Shown here: positions 37,291 through 49,817 of the stretch, one piece after another
Layout: the number at the start of each line of letters is the position of its first letter
Numbering within the stretch: the stretch's first letter is position 1
Assembly: GCA_021432655.1 (NCBI GenBank)
Contig: MU271205.1
Coordinates: 62,001 to 126,000 of the forward strand
Source: Atractiella rhizophila
Taxonomy: Eukaryota
Length of the DNA: 64,000 bases
Direction of reading: 5' to 3'
Program-made: the position numbers and the translations under genes
The notes under the pieces: model-generated
What the model was told of the DNA's origin: nothing
The model's input: only the letters and a program-made list of their open reading frames with translations
Databases searched by the model: none

Positions 37291-40172
37291 TCAGGCACCT
37301 AGGTCCAAAATCCTCTTCGGGACCATGACCCCCTCGAACCTGCTTTTCGAGGCATTCCAGACCTCCCTTCCCCCTGAGTCCCAAGCAGCTTCCAGAACTG
37401 GAGCAACCACCTTCTCTAATAACTCCTTTCCTAATAACTGCTGCAAGTTCATTCCCCTCCCCACGCCGCCTAACTCCTCCACATCAACAGGTAGACGCAA
37501 ATTCCGGGCATGCCGCTTCCAGAGTAAGGCATTTGTGGCAAGTTTGAGGGAGCTGCGTAGCAACACGATACGAGACGAGAAACGGGAAGGGTCCAGAAGG
37601 ATAGAAGGGGAGCTGATTAATCTGGCATGAGGGAGAACGAGAAATTGCAACGCGGCCACTTCTTTTGAGAATTGAAGCAAGAATTCCATCGTTAGAGTCT
37701 GCTCACGACATGAGCGATTGTAAACAGGAGGGGGATCAGGAAACCATACCTGCGCTTCTATGTCGGCCTGTAAAAGTCCAGACGCAACTTCGTCAACTAC
37801 ATTGATGGCGCGTTTTGTGGCCCGCAGGGAGTGGGGGTCATATACTTCCCTCGCGAAGAGGAGTAACTTCGGGATGATGATTGTCTTCAGAACGGTGGAG
37901 ATGATCTCATCGTTTTCTTTCGTTCCACCGTGGGAATAACGCAAGAGAGATTCCTGCCATTTGTATGCGTCAAGATTGTTCGAAGTCTTTCGAAGCTCCT
38001 CAACCTACGGCTCGAATTCATCAGGGCTGATAGAAAAGTAAAAGTGAAATAACTCACATCGAAAACATTCCACCCACCCATCTCCCACCGCACCCAGAAT
38101 TCCCAAACGCCAGCCAATCCTAAGTCTCCCCAAGCCCGGTCATAGTCCTCTCCAAACCTCGCTCTCCATTCCTCGAACTTCCCTCTGACCCCCTTTTCAT
38201 AATCTGGGTCACGAAACTCCTTCGCTTTCACGTCCTCGAAAACCTCGGCGAGGCGGGATTGAATGTCTTCTCCGGCCGATACCAAATCTCGAGAATCGCC
38301 AGAGGGAAGCTCGTTATCCGACCAAAATCCCTCTTCTTCTGTTCCACCCTGGGAACGGAATGCCTCGAGACGCTTTTGTTTCGCTATCCTCCTATTCTGA
38401 CGTGCGAGAGAGTCGGGCCTCGTGTCTTTCTCTCTCCTTTCCCGTCCCAACTCGTCAACTTCCATCTTGTCATCGTCCGCGCCGTCGCTTTCGCTAGAAC
38501 TGCTTGATGCGTCATCTCCGTTACTGACTCCGTTTGTCGGGGAGACTTTTCGTTTCTTCAGTTTTGGAGGTACGACAGCCACTTCTGCGTTAGTGAAATG
38601 AGCGACGCAATCAGACATATCTTGAAAGCGCCTTTTTCGAATCATTGACGAGCGCTCGGATTGGATGGAGAGGTTGTCTTTTTCTATCTTCTCCAATATT
38701 GGATACTGCGCAAAGCAAACCGTCAGTCAATATCAGCCATGCTAGACTGCAGGGAGCAACAAACCTTGACATCAAGAAAGGATGCAAGGTCGTCGATGTA
38801 TTCTTTAAACGAGTCGAACCACTCCTTCTTGCCCTCTACCCTCTCCACTTCAGCTCTCACATGCTCCTCTTGCTCACTCAAGCCTTTCCGTTCGATATCA
38901 AGCTTCTCCAGATTTTTCGCTAACTCTTTCTCTTCGTCCTGATACTTTCCCAACTGCCCATTCAGGCGATCCATGACAGCTTGAACCGAAATAACTTCCT
39001 GTTGCTCAGGTACTATACGTGCATCAGCATCTAAAGAGTGAATGAATGTAAGTGCGCACTAGGTAACGGTTCCCAGCCCATTCTTCCTTCCTCCCTCCGG
39101 CCATGTTCCCCTCCACGTCTCGCCTGCTCCTCCTCCCACACTCTCATTTCTTCATCTTCCTCTCCGTCCTCTTCCGCATCTAGGATCATTTCTTCTATCC
39201 CTCTCCTCCTACTCTCTTCTGCTCTCCTCCTCGCCTTCCTGCCCAACGCGACACGCTCGTTCGCTCCGGTATATTCAGCCACATCGTCATCTCCCTCTCC
39301 TAGCTCGTCCTCTTCTCGCACCAACCTTGACTCTCCGTGTAGACCTGGAACGACTGGGCGTGCAACGTCTAGCGAGATGTATTCGGCAGCGGAGGAGGAA
39401 ACACCTGAAGCTTGGAGTGCGCGACGCTTTTCCTTGATCGAGGCGATATGCGAAGTGGTGGGAATAGACGTCTCCGATTCTGCTGCTCATCATGGATAAG
39501 CATCAGATGACCTTCTGAGCTCTGAGACAGAGGAAACAAACCAGGAACGTAGGTTGCAAATTTAGATTGTGTTAAAGCATCGTATCCCTCTCCAGCCAGT
39601 CCTGTCGTTGCTCCAGAGTGCTCTGTAGGCGGGCGAGTAGCCGTTGAAGCTTTAAGAGAGGCGAGGTATTCTGCATTATATGTAGGACGTGAAGCGGCAA
39701 GAGTGGATATCGAGGCTTGGTCCAGCGTTTCTGGTGGCGCACTGGAGGGATCTGCATGAGAATCTCTAAGGGAGCAAAAGGAGACATACGATACTGCTGT
39801 GGCGTCTGGACGCCTCAATCGGCGGGAGTCTAAGCTCGTTTTGATTGCAGGAGCAGCTGCGTTTTCCTGGACAACAAACGATCTTGAATACGACTTCTCC
39901 CTTCTATTTACTTGCTAGGCAATAATAAAATAAACGCACCTCCTCAACATCGTCTCCAAAGCTCAACCCAAAACTCTTCTTCTTTGCTCCTGCGCCTGCA
40001 GCCCCAGCACCTTTCTTACTTTTCTTACGCACTACAGCCACGTTCCCCCCATCCCCTCTTCCTCAGCAACAGATGCAACGGGTGAGTCTGTGGCCTTAGA
40101 CCGCAAGGATCCGCGAGGCTTGTTGCTGGGTCGTTTCTTGATCGTAAAAGCAGGAGAATCGTCAACGTCCAT
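37291..40172 (-). CDS. Spliceosome disassembly factor Ntr2 / GCFC2-like (NTR2 + GCFC domains); multi-exon, apparent 1-bp frameshift in exon 1
   Basis: LSFGDDVEE, RPTYNAEYLASLKAST, AEYTGANERVALGRK, WEEEQARRG, WFDSFKEYIDDLASFLDVK, and the GCFC core VFEDVKAKEFRDP..KFEEWRARFGEDYDRAWGDLGLAGVWEFWVRWEM; also YDPHSLRAT. Confidence 0.88.
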
Positions 40173-40774
40173 TATTCCTTCCAGGCTGGTGAAGGGCTGA
40201 TATTTCATTCCGACAAAAATATGCCCCGAACGTTATCAAAATGCGACCAACTGCGGCACAAGGCAAATTTTTGACATGGACAGTCACTCAAGCACTCATA
40301 AGAGAAGCTCAGAAAGAAGCTCCATAAAGACGAACAAGTTCTCTGCAATGCCCATGTTGGTAGAAGAATTGGGATTTGGAGTAAAAATTATTGAGGGGGT
40401 GAATAGTGGGTCGGTCCTTTTCCAATTCGGAAGTGTACCAAAGTCGGTACACAAATGCTGCCAGTGGTCATACAATCTGAGTGATTGCTGTCGGAGGGAT
40501 ATCATAGAGAGATGGTATGAAATTTGATTACGACGAAGGACAAATACCTTTACAGTAATAATGTTAAATAACAAACGCTCGAAAGCGTATATCGACAACA
40601 ACATTTGTTGTAAGTCAAATACAACAAATAGCAGTTAAAAAGTGATCATCAGAAAGCATAAATATCGCATAAATCAGATCAACAATTCAACAAAGTATCA
40701 AATCAAAAAGCATTCGAAAGTTCGGTGAGAGATGGACGAGAGGAGCTCATGGTAGTTCACCCCCTGTCGCTCTC

Positions 40775-41761
40775 CTAGTAGAAGAATCCCGCTCCAAAGA
40801 CATTATCGTCTCCACCGCTAGCGTATAGAGAGGAGGGTTGACTGCCAAATTCCCCTTGCGCAGCAGTGCCCAGAGAGGGAGAGGATTCGGGACTGTGCAT
40901 GTCAAACCCGTAGAAGTGTCCAGCCGTGGGAGAAGCGATAAATTGGCCGCTGTAATTGTGGGGATCATACGCAGGGAGCGGCTGAGAGACAGTGGTCGTG
41001 TTCGATGTCCACTTGGAAGAAGAGATCGAGGAAGCGCCATCGACGAGGGAGGATTCGTTCTTCCCGCCTTTGGCGGCCAAGAATTGCGCTCCATAAGGAG
41101 AGGGGGTATATCCATCATACCCGTAGAAAGGGACATCGAATATTTGAATCGAAGATGTCTTAGGGGACTGAGATTTTGTCGGTTTAGCGTTGCGGAAGGA
41201 AGAAGTCCAGGAGTAGGATTTTGCGTCAAAGCCGGTAGCGAAAGCAGCGGCGGGAGCAGGAGAAAGATGATCTTGCTGAATCGCCATTGGAGTTCCGCCA
41301 GAGGAATATTCGACTTGATTGATGCCACTCTTGAGGCAGGCAGCGGATTTGTTATTGTTTCCTTCCCACTGAGAATCGAGGGACGAGCTCGAAGACCATC
41401 TAGATTCATTGGATCCAGATGAAATGGAAGTGATGGAAGAGGAAGAGGTGTTGACGAAGGAGAGCGTCGAAGTGGAAGAAAGATTGATCTCCTTGTCCAA
41501 GTACGACATATCGCAGCCGTATAGAGAAGCCATAATCTGATTTTCCAACGCTTTCTGTTCGGAGACGGCAGCATCCCTATCCTTCGTGTGTTCCTTGCTG
41601 TTGAAGTCCTCAGAAGTGAGGGACTCGAAATTCTCGCCTACGACCTTGACCTCTTTCTGCTTGGGGACCGGAGACAGCAAGTGCGAGCATTGGCGCCGAG
41701 GAGGGCTGTTCGATACACGAGGGGATGCCGCATCTACGTCCGTGACGAGTACGATAGGCAC
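40775..41761 (-). CDS. Ser-rich hypothetical protein (328 aa, apparently intronless)
   Basis: Long ATG-started ORF with disordered composition, preceded by a pyrimidine-rich 5' leader. No recognisable domain. Confidence 0.6.
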   Translation of the reverse strand: MPIVLVTDVDAASPRVSNSPPRRQCSHLLSPVPKQKEVKVVGENFESLTSEDFNSKEHTKDRDAAVSEQKALENQIMASLYGCDMSYLDKEINLSSTSTLSFVNTSSSSITSISSGSNESRWSSSSSLDSQWEGNNNKSAACLKSGINQVEYSSGGTPMAIQQDHLSPAPAAAFATGFDAKSYSWTSSFRNAKPTKSQSPKTSSIQIFDVPFYGYDGYTPSPYGAQFLAAKGGKNESSLVDGASSISSSKWTSNTTTVSQPLPAYDPHNYSGQFIASPTAGHFYGFDMHSPESSPSLGTAAQGEFGSQPSSLYASGGDDNVFGAGFFY

Positions 41762-42824
41762 TATGTAGTAGTCAGTATTGAGAGCAGGAGAGTGAGAACA
41801 GAAAGGGGAAGAGAAAGGGAAAGGTACCCGTCGACCCTTGGGATCCAGCAGCTGAGGGGCACGGCTGAAGAAGAGACGAGAAGTTGTTCATTAAACCTCT
41901 ACTGGTCTTGTTTCGCAACTTGAGAGGAATGTTCTCTTGCTCAGTGAGAGCCAAATTCTTCCTACTTCACGATCCCCTTCGACCCTTGCTTTCTGAGGCA
42001 ACGAAAGACTCACTTGTGACCTTTGAGAGACATTATGTACCTCAATATATTCAAGAAAAGCCTATACAAGAAATTGAGGGCTGTTTATGTGATTATTCAA
42101 GAGCGTCTGAGGCGGATTTGAGGCTAAGGTGAAGAGGCGAAGTGGTGGTTGACTTTGGCGGGAAAAGAACGGGAGGCGGGATCGAAATCTTTGGCTCGCA
42201 CAACAACCTTCAGTCGCGTCGCAATAGACATCTGACTTCTTACGAAGGATCCCCTACTCCAACCGACAATTTCAGTAGAGGTTCTGCCTTGTGAAGCAAG
42301 TCAGATTAGCTTTGTTTATCTGAACAGGATGTCGTTCCGCCGTTGTCCTGTTTTTACTCGCCTTTTTCTCTAACTTTTCCGCAATCTATGAGCCTACTCA
42401 TTCTGAAACAACTGCCACGCTTTCCACAGTGGATTTGATGGGAAAGAAGCGTGAGAGTTCCTTCTGAAGTTGGTTTCAGGTTACGTAACCGCATATGTCT
42501 TTCTCCCATTATTTTCGCACAATTTGACCAGTTCTGGGCTTTCTGGCCTCTGAATTTCGTAGTTCGTTGCTGGGCTGGGTCTTCATCAGCGTCTATAAGA
42601 CATGGTACGCGTAAACGGACAGAACTGTCATTCCAGAAAGCAAGTTCCAAAGGTATTGGAGCAATCGATAGCATAAACCCTGTTTGAGATCTAATGATAT
42701 ACAGCTCTAACGTACACAAAAACTTGAAGAATACATCATGTTTGTTCCTGAGATGAAATACAAAACCAAGTCGCGACTTTCCTCACAATACCGATTCGAA
42801 GCATTTGAACCACATAAAACACAT

Positions 42825-45800
42825 TTACTTTGACGACAGACCGATTGCACTTCTTGGACGACCAGGTATCGCACCACCTGCACCGGGAGGGGCAAGCCCA
42901 CCAGGTCGTAATGCGCCAGGAACTCCCAATCCGCCAGCTCCAAGGCCAGGACCTGGGTTCCTGAGTATACCTCGCGGTGCTGCTCCGGGTGGTACTCCGC
43001 CCAAAGGTCGAGAAGCCATCCCTGCTCCTAATGGACGAGAAGCCATCCCTCCTCCAACCGTGAGAGTTGGTCTCGCACCCATTCCGACCCCAGGTCTCGC
43101 TCCACTAGCGCCTAGCCCGCCTAGCCCGCCTAATCCACCACCAGGAAGAGTCCGCGGCGCGCTTGCACCCAAACCGGCTAGACCTGCGGATACACCAGGT
43201 CTAGCTCCAACACCCATCCCTCCCATTGAACCTCCAAGACCAGGCCTTGCCCCCATGCCCCCCATACCTCCGAGTCCAGGTCTAACACCAGCGGAGAGCG
43301 GTGGTCGTCCACCTAATCCACTACCAGCCATCCCAGCGCCAGGAGGTGGTCGAGCACCAAATCCCGCACCAGTTGCACCAAGAGGTCTAGCACCCAAGCC
43401 TCGACCAAGCGCAGCGGCAGAACCTCCTAACGGCCTTCCCATACCTGGTCCCATGGGTCGGGCACCCAGAGCTCCGCCCGGAAGTGGAGGTCGCCCTGCT
43501 AAACCGGCTGAGGTACCTAGCGGAAGACGAGCGCCAAGTGGTGCGGTAGCTAATGGAGGACGACCTCCAGCCAGAGGGGGGAGAGGAGATCGTCCCACAG
43601 CCGGAGGCATGCTGATTCGGCGCGCAAGTGAAGGAGGAGGACCGGCAAGACCTGGTCGAGCGCCAACGGAGGCAAGAGGAGGAGGAGGTAGAGCGCCGCC
43701 TGGGAGAGGTCTTCGAAGGCTTCCAGGTCCGCCTCCGATTCCAGCACCCGGCCCAGAAATGGGACGACCAATCGCACCTGGTCCTCTCACTCCACCAACA
43801 GAGAGCGGAGGGCGGACAAGACCTCGTCCAACCCCAGCCATCTGTCGAAGGATGGGAGCATAGCGGGATCGTAAACCACCTGTGAGGGTGTAATGTCCAG
43901 CTCCGCTTGAGTAGACACCCTGTCGTCCGTAAAGCGAGCTCAAGCCATCCCTAGTCAGGCCCGTGAAACCTGGAGATCTGTATCCGTGGTACATGTTCAT
44001 CATGGCATTCATAGCGTTCCCTGATCGCGCCAGTTCAGGGTGGCGCTGCGCACACATAAGACTTGCAACAATATATTAGGGAAAGCGTACTTGAGCGTAA
44101 GCTGTCCAGTGCATCAGAAGTCTTGGTTGACGCTGACCATAAACAAACCACTCACTCAGTTTGCGAGGATAGGGTCTTCCCATCAATTGGTGTCCCCAAA
44201 ATCCATCGTTCCCAAGACCAAGACGATATCGCGCGTCCTCGTTCATAGATTGCCAGCTGCTGCTATGGTCAACCTAACCAAACCCTTAGGAGGGAGATGG
44301 GTGCGCACCGAAGTTTCCGCTGAGCTTCGTCCAATTCCTCCCACTCCAATCGCTCTCGCCATCTCCGTGCACGTTCAGCTTCGTCGATGCTCCTATCCAG
44401 GCGTAGTGCATCTTCATACTGCGTCCAAGATAGAGAGGATTAGAGAGCGTGACGTGAAAGGCAGGAAGGAAGTGACGAACCATGCGCAGATCTTGTAAGG
44501 CATAAAAGTCGTTGTGCCTATTGCTGCTGATCCCGAAATAGGATGGCTCGAATCCAAAGCCACCCATACTTCCATATCCACCAGTATAACCTATCATTCG
44601 ACATCTGCATTCGAGAAATGTAAGAAAATATAGAGGGCGAACCTGCTCCATATCCGTATCCAAAGCGTCCTCCGGTCGCAGAACCGTAGCCGTAAGTTGA
44701 CGAAAGTCCCGTCATGTAACCAGGATCGTAATAATGGCCATGATGCGAGTGAATCCCCCCAAGTCCTCCTCCAAGTCCGAGTCCGCCATGATGCAATCCA
44801 GAGTCGAGTCCGACATGGTGATGAGAGTGAAGACCACGCTCGAGACCGAGGCCATGATGATGACCCATTCCAAGTCCAGACTCGAGTCCAAGAGCGCCAT
44901 GATGATGATGGTGCATCCCAGGTTCAAGGCCGTACGCGCCAACCGTCGAGTGCATGGTCGATTCGTACATGAGACCCGTCGAAGGGATGTAGTCGCTATG
45001 TGAATGTCGATGACCAAGATGAGAAGCTCCGTATCCAGCTCCGGCACCAAGGACTGCAGCGCCACCTACGAGTGCTGTGCTCTCCATGATCCCAGTTGGA
45101 GGAGTGTAGAAGTCAAATTCACTCAAACCTGTGCATAAGTTTCAGCAACGGCTATTTCTCAAATACTCAGAGAGAAAGAAAATGAGAGACTAACCTTCGG
45201 AACCAAACCCATAGAAATCGTACCCATCCATTGCTCCAAGCGTATCGAAAACCCCATCCTCGAACCCCTCGTGCTGACCAACCAACTCCCCCTCCATGTA
45301 CCCATAATCTTCACCAGCGTGGAAACCATCGTGCCCGCCTTCGACATAACCTTCATACTGGCCGTCCGCATACGCGTGCGCAAGATCACCTTCTGAATAA
45401 TGGTGGTGACCAGGATCAAGTCCGTCCAGTCCGTGGGTATGTTGGTATTCGGCGTATTCAGGTTCCATGTCCTCTGGAAAACGACAGGTTAGTTGCCTTT
45501 ATCCTTATTTGAAGCGAGGATGGTTCCATCCACAAGAGAAATGAGATTTATAATAACGTGGACAGTTTGCAGAAATATAGCTTTGTTCCATGGCACATGT
45601 TGGTGATAAATAAACTGCTTCCCAATCAATAGGACGCAGTTTCCGAATGTTCTACAGAACCTCAGCCTCTTTACAGAAGATATGCGGAAAACGTAGTAAC
45701 CACTCCATCGGCCAACTTGCAACGAAACGGAAGAAACTCACCGAGATGATAATGATCATACATTCCCTCCTGCTCCGCATACAGTCCTTCGTCGTAAGCT

Positions 45801-46100
45801 CCCTCCACACCATAATCATCATACAGTCCTTCTCCTCCTAAATGGTCTCCTAAATGCTCATGTCCGTACCCATGCTCGTCATAGAGACCGCCATCCAATC
45901 CATCGTCGTAGTGACCAGCTCCGCCAGTGTACGGTGCGAGGGCAAGCGAGTTCATGTCGTCTTCAAGCCCCGTCTCGCCGTGATGGTGCAAATCGTCGTG
46001 TAAAGTGTCATGGAGACCGCCATCTACGTCTGCTGCCTCACCATCCCATCCTTTGAAGCAACAGAAACTCACGGTAGTCAGCATCGTCCAATGTGGCCAT
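42825..46100 (-). CDS. Large low-complexity orphan protein (acidic Gly/His/Tyr block, His-Gly block, globular-looking middle, Gly/Arg/Pro repeat tail); ~8 exons
   Basis: Exons in ORFs 45671-46084, 45190-45468, 44518-45126, 44286-44663 and 42825-44057 join in frame through GT-AG introns from ATG 46100 (MATLDDADY/HGGLHDTLHDDLHHHG). Confidence 0.75.
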
Positions 46101-46766
46101 TACTGCTACTGGTGTGCCACGCTGGTATTCCAACTAGTGTAACTAGAAATACTTCTCCTAATGTTGATGAGTATGTACCTAGGCTGGATCGAGCGCTGGA
46201 CGTGCGATCGACTTGATCGCAGTGGTCGTCCCAAACTGGACCAGCTGAACGCGCGGGAACACGGTGTTGCCGAAATAGGGCAAGTTCGATCGCAAAGTCA
46301 TCTTCGCTGCATTGTTGGCCAAGAATACATGGCAACAGTTAATAGGTCGGCAGAAGACAGTCCATATGAGCCATGCTGGAGCGAAGGCGCTTGAAGGGAA
46401 GTCGCAGAGTGATAGCCGACTTGGTTGGCAGTGACGGAGTGACATCGAAAGGCGTTGTGTGTGAGTTCCTTCTTCCAACGTTGTCAGGCTCTAGTTTAAG
46501 CTCCAGAAAGTCCTCTTGGCAAGGGGCTGAGGGAAGAAATTGACAACTAGCCAATTCTCCACAAGCTTGCTCCTCTAAATGAATTTCAAAGAGAGTCCCT
46601 GAGCTAGTAGAAGCGAGAGGAGCACCCCAAGGAAGGTGTTATGTGTCTTCGAGCTCGTGCTATCTCACGCTGCTCTGTAAAGTCCAGATGGGTTAGAACT
46701 CAGAAATGTTCAAGACACATTGTTGCCATGTAAAGGATGATACTTTCGACGTAATTTGCGCATCCA

Positions 46767-48035
46767 TTGAAATGCCTCCTGCCAGGTATCCCTCCCTTCG
46801 GCAGACTACCACTGGAGTTGTATCTGCAAATACATGAGAATGGCGCCTCGTTGGTCGCTCTCAGCCAACTGAACCATCACATGCGCTTCCTTTTATTACC
46901 TCGCATATTCAATCACATCAAGCTTGCCATCATACATCCTGTCAACGTTCGCAATCGTTACAAACTATTTTTCGGCGCCAAACCTCCCGCGTGCGGATGG
47001 GTCAGGACCTATGTCCCAACGCACCTTTTTGGTTTTGCTCGTTGCATCAGCATCGATATCTTTCGAGAGAGGATGCATCCATCCTCTGGCATCAAAGACG
47101 CTTTGATGGATTGGTCAAGATGGTATCAGTACGAGGGACATGAGTTCACGTTTCGTCGTGAAGGAGTTGGAGAGTTCTCAAAGACGATTGAGAACATCGT
47201 TTCTCTTTGCGGAGAAGGTATCGTCGAGTTGAGATTGAGTATTCTGGAACAATCGTATCAGTTACCGGAAATTTTTAAGATTCCTGTTTTGAGCGATTTG
47301 CTCTTTGATTTATCCTCCAGACTTCCCAATCTTCGAATATTACGAATGCCATTCGACAGTCACAGCTTCTATCCTCAATTTTACGAGCTTGGAAACCTCA
47401 GTAGATTCATTTCCACCTTCCAAAATGTTGTCAAGGTCGAGGTATGGTACGGATGGGGATGGGGCGATCCCTCTCAAATCTTCGCATCTGGAAATGTGGC
47501 CAAAACACTTTGTTTATTGCCTCAACTACGGCATCTCATCCTTTGCGTTATTTTCTGGCTAAAGTACGAACGCAAATTCCAGTGGCCTTGCTCACTCGAA
47601 ACTCTCGAGATGGATCTCAAAGATAGCACCAGTCATACTGGCCTGGATTTTGTGCTCGACATTTTAACCGCTTCCAGTAAGACGTTGAGAACTTTCAAAA
47701 TGCCGAGAGGACTATTGCGCCTGGGCTATCCAGCCTTTCAGTTCGCTGGCGGCGAATCTCGAGCTCCAGTCGTTATGGAGCGACTAGAGAAGCTCTATTT
47801 CGTTGGATCACATTGGCACTTGAAAGGACATCTTTACGCATTCCGGGCATCTCCTATCAAGAGCATAACGTTGGCAACTTATCGAGAGAAAAGCGAAGTG
47901 GAAGATGCAGTGGTCGAAGCCGTGTATAGTATTCTGGGAGCTGTTGAGGATATTGAAATAATCAAGGTGAAAAGGCAGTATAGTAAGGCTGCAGTTCCTC
48001 GAAAACCTGGACTATTGGATTTCAAGAACAAGTGA
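46767..48035 (+). CDS. Intronless F-box / LRR-like protein (start codon unresolved)
   Basis: 422-codon ORF with F-box-like FGRLPLELYLQI..SLVALSQLNHHMRFLLLPRIFNHIKL and LRR-like LPNLRILRM, LPQLRHLIL, LETLEM, LEKLYF. Confidence 0.7.
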   Translation: MKCLLPGIPPFGRLPLELYLQIHENGASLVALSQLNHHMRFLLLPRIFNHIKLAIIHPVNVRNRYKLFFGAKPPACGWVRTYVPTHLFGFARCISIDIFRERMHPSSGIKDALMDWSRWYQYEGHEFTFRREGVGEFSKTIENIVSLCGEGIVELRLSILEQSYQLPEIFKIPVLSDLLFDLSSRLPNLRILRMPFDSHSFYPQFYELGNLSRFISTFQNVVKVEVWYGWGWGDPSQIFASGNVAKTLCLLPQLRHLILCVIFWLKYERKFQWPCSLETLEMDLKDSTSHTGLDFVLDILTASSKTLRTFKMPRGLLRLGYPAFQFAGGESRAPVVMERLEKLYFVGSHWHLKGHLYAFRASPIKSITLATYREKSEVEDAVVEAVYSILGAVEDIEIIKVKRQYSKAAVPRKPGLLDFKNK

Positions 48036-48499
48036 GCACTTTTCTTTATCGCGATGACTTTTGTACTTAGCCGATTCACTCACTGTAGAGGGACATTCTT
48101 CAAATTCGTACCCAGCTTTCTCTGCGACTTGGAAGCTCATAGCTTGCGAAACAAAACCTACTAGTAGTTAATGCTGTTGATGTCGAAATGAGGCTATTAC
48201 TGCAGCAAAACCTGTCGTACAAGGACTTTTTTTTCCTGTAAACACTTTTCAGATTGCAGCACAAGGCAAAAGAAGAAATGGGATTATGTGGAGGTAAGGC
48301 AACACTCCACTCAGGCTAACCCGTCGCTTGCCCGCCGCCTGTTGATGTAGCCGGCCTTCCGGCTTTTAAAATCTCCCGCCGATGGCTGGGTTGGGGGAGA
48401 CAAGAAGCGAGCAGAAACGCGATACGAGAATATAAATATTGGCGAATCTGGTAGATTCACAGTTGCGTATCGCACCGTTTCTAGAGAATATCCCTCTCG

Positions 48500-49731
48500 A
48501 TGTCTTTGATTAAAAAATTGCACGCCGTTGTGCCCGGTACCTCTACCACCCTCGTGGGGATAGTGCTGTACCACCTTTACAAACCTACTTCTCATTCAAG
48601 ACTTGCCCAAATATTACGAGTCGTAATTGTTTATCTCTTATGGGTCAACTGGCGTGTACGTGTTTTCGCCAGTTTCTCGTTTCTTGACTGACGAAGTTGC
48701 AGGCCTTTCCGGTTCGTGTAATCCCTTTTTGCTGCTCTTCTAAGCAAATCAACAGCTCAAATGGCATATTGACCTCTTCAAATGGCCCTACGCTGCAAGG
48801 CTCTCGTGGCCCTTTATGTCTCTGGCACGAATAGCACCTCACATCGGACAATCGCCTTTCGACATCAAGACACGAACAAGTGGCTGCGTTACTTGGGACG
48901 TTGCAGGTTGGTTAACTATTAGCTCTTCGACAGTCATACTAAAACTGCATCAGATTTTAACATGCACCTGTCGAACTCTTCCTACGCCAAGTATATAGAC
49001 GAAGCAAGGTTTAAGTTTTGGGTATGGGCTTTCGGGCCAGCTCACGGTGAGCCAGCTGTTTCCTTGTCCCTGAGCCAGCCTAAACTGTCTCCAGCTAAAA
49101 CGAGCAATCAAGTATATGGCGCTCTAGCTTCCAGTTCATACGCATATTATCGAGAATTGCCCGTAGGAGCAAACTTCGAGATCGAGACCTCGATAGCTGG
49201 GTGGGACTCAAAATACGTATGTTTTTGTTCGTTGCACCTTCATTCACTCACAATGTGTAGATTTACCTTGCTGCACGCTTTCTTACCAAAGATAAGAAAG
49301 GGCAGAGCGTGGAGCATTGCATGACCCTTTCAGCCTATAAAATCAAAACATTTCTTCAACCTTCCGCTGCAGCAGCAAAAGCCAAACTTGCTTCCAATTC
49401 CTCCCCTTCTCCATCAGGCACGGCCACACCCGTCCCCCAACTGCATCGAAAATCACGCCTTACAGTCTCTCCCGGACGCTTCATCTCGATGGCAGGTTTC
49501 GGTCCCTATACCAACTGGACTAGGTTTTATCCAGAAATTAAGGAGGAACAGTTGAAAAAGATGAGCGGGCGCGATTGGATCCGGTTAAATGGAAAGACAA
49601 AACATCTTTGGAAGGATTGGATTCTAGATGATGGAGACGACGGTCTGGGAGACTTTGAGGACGAGAGGAGTGGCAGGGAGCAAAAGCTCAAGGATATCAT
49701 CGGGGAGACTGCCTCATGGAAAGCCTTTTGA
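48500..49731 (+). CDS. Hotdog-fold thioesterase-like protein with N-terminal membrane anchor; multi-exon
   Basis: WDVA/DFNMHLSNSSYAKYIDEAR (4HBT-like DxNxHxxNxxY motif) and YYRELPVGANFEIETSIAGWDSKY/IYLAARFL. Confidence 0.85.
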
Positions 49732-49817
49732 AGAGGAACTCCTTGACATCACATTTCTTCTTAGCCTATAGATATGCTAATACTTAATCTGTAAGAAAAT
49801 ACAAAGCCTTAGCCTAG

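Noticed and set aside
42805..43863. 352-aa Pro-rich ORF on the + strand
   Set aside because: Antisense shadow of the Gly-rich minus-strand exon; it has no ATG start.
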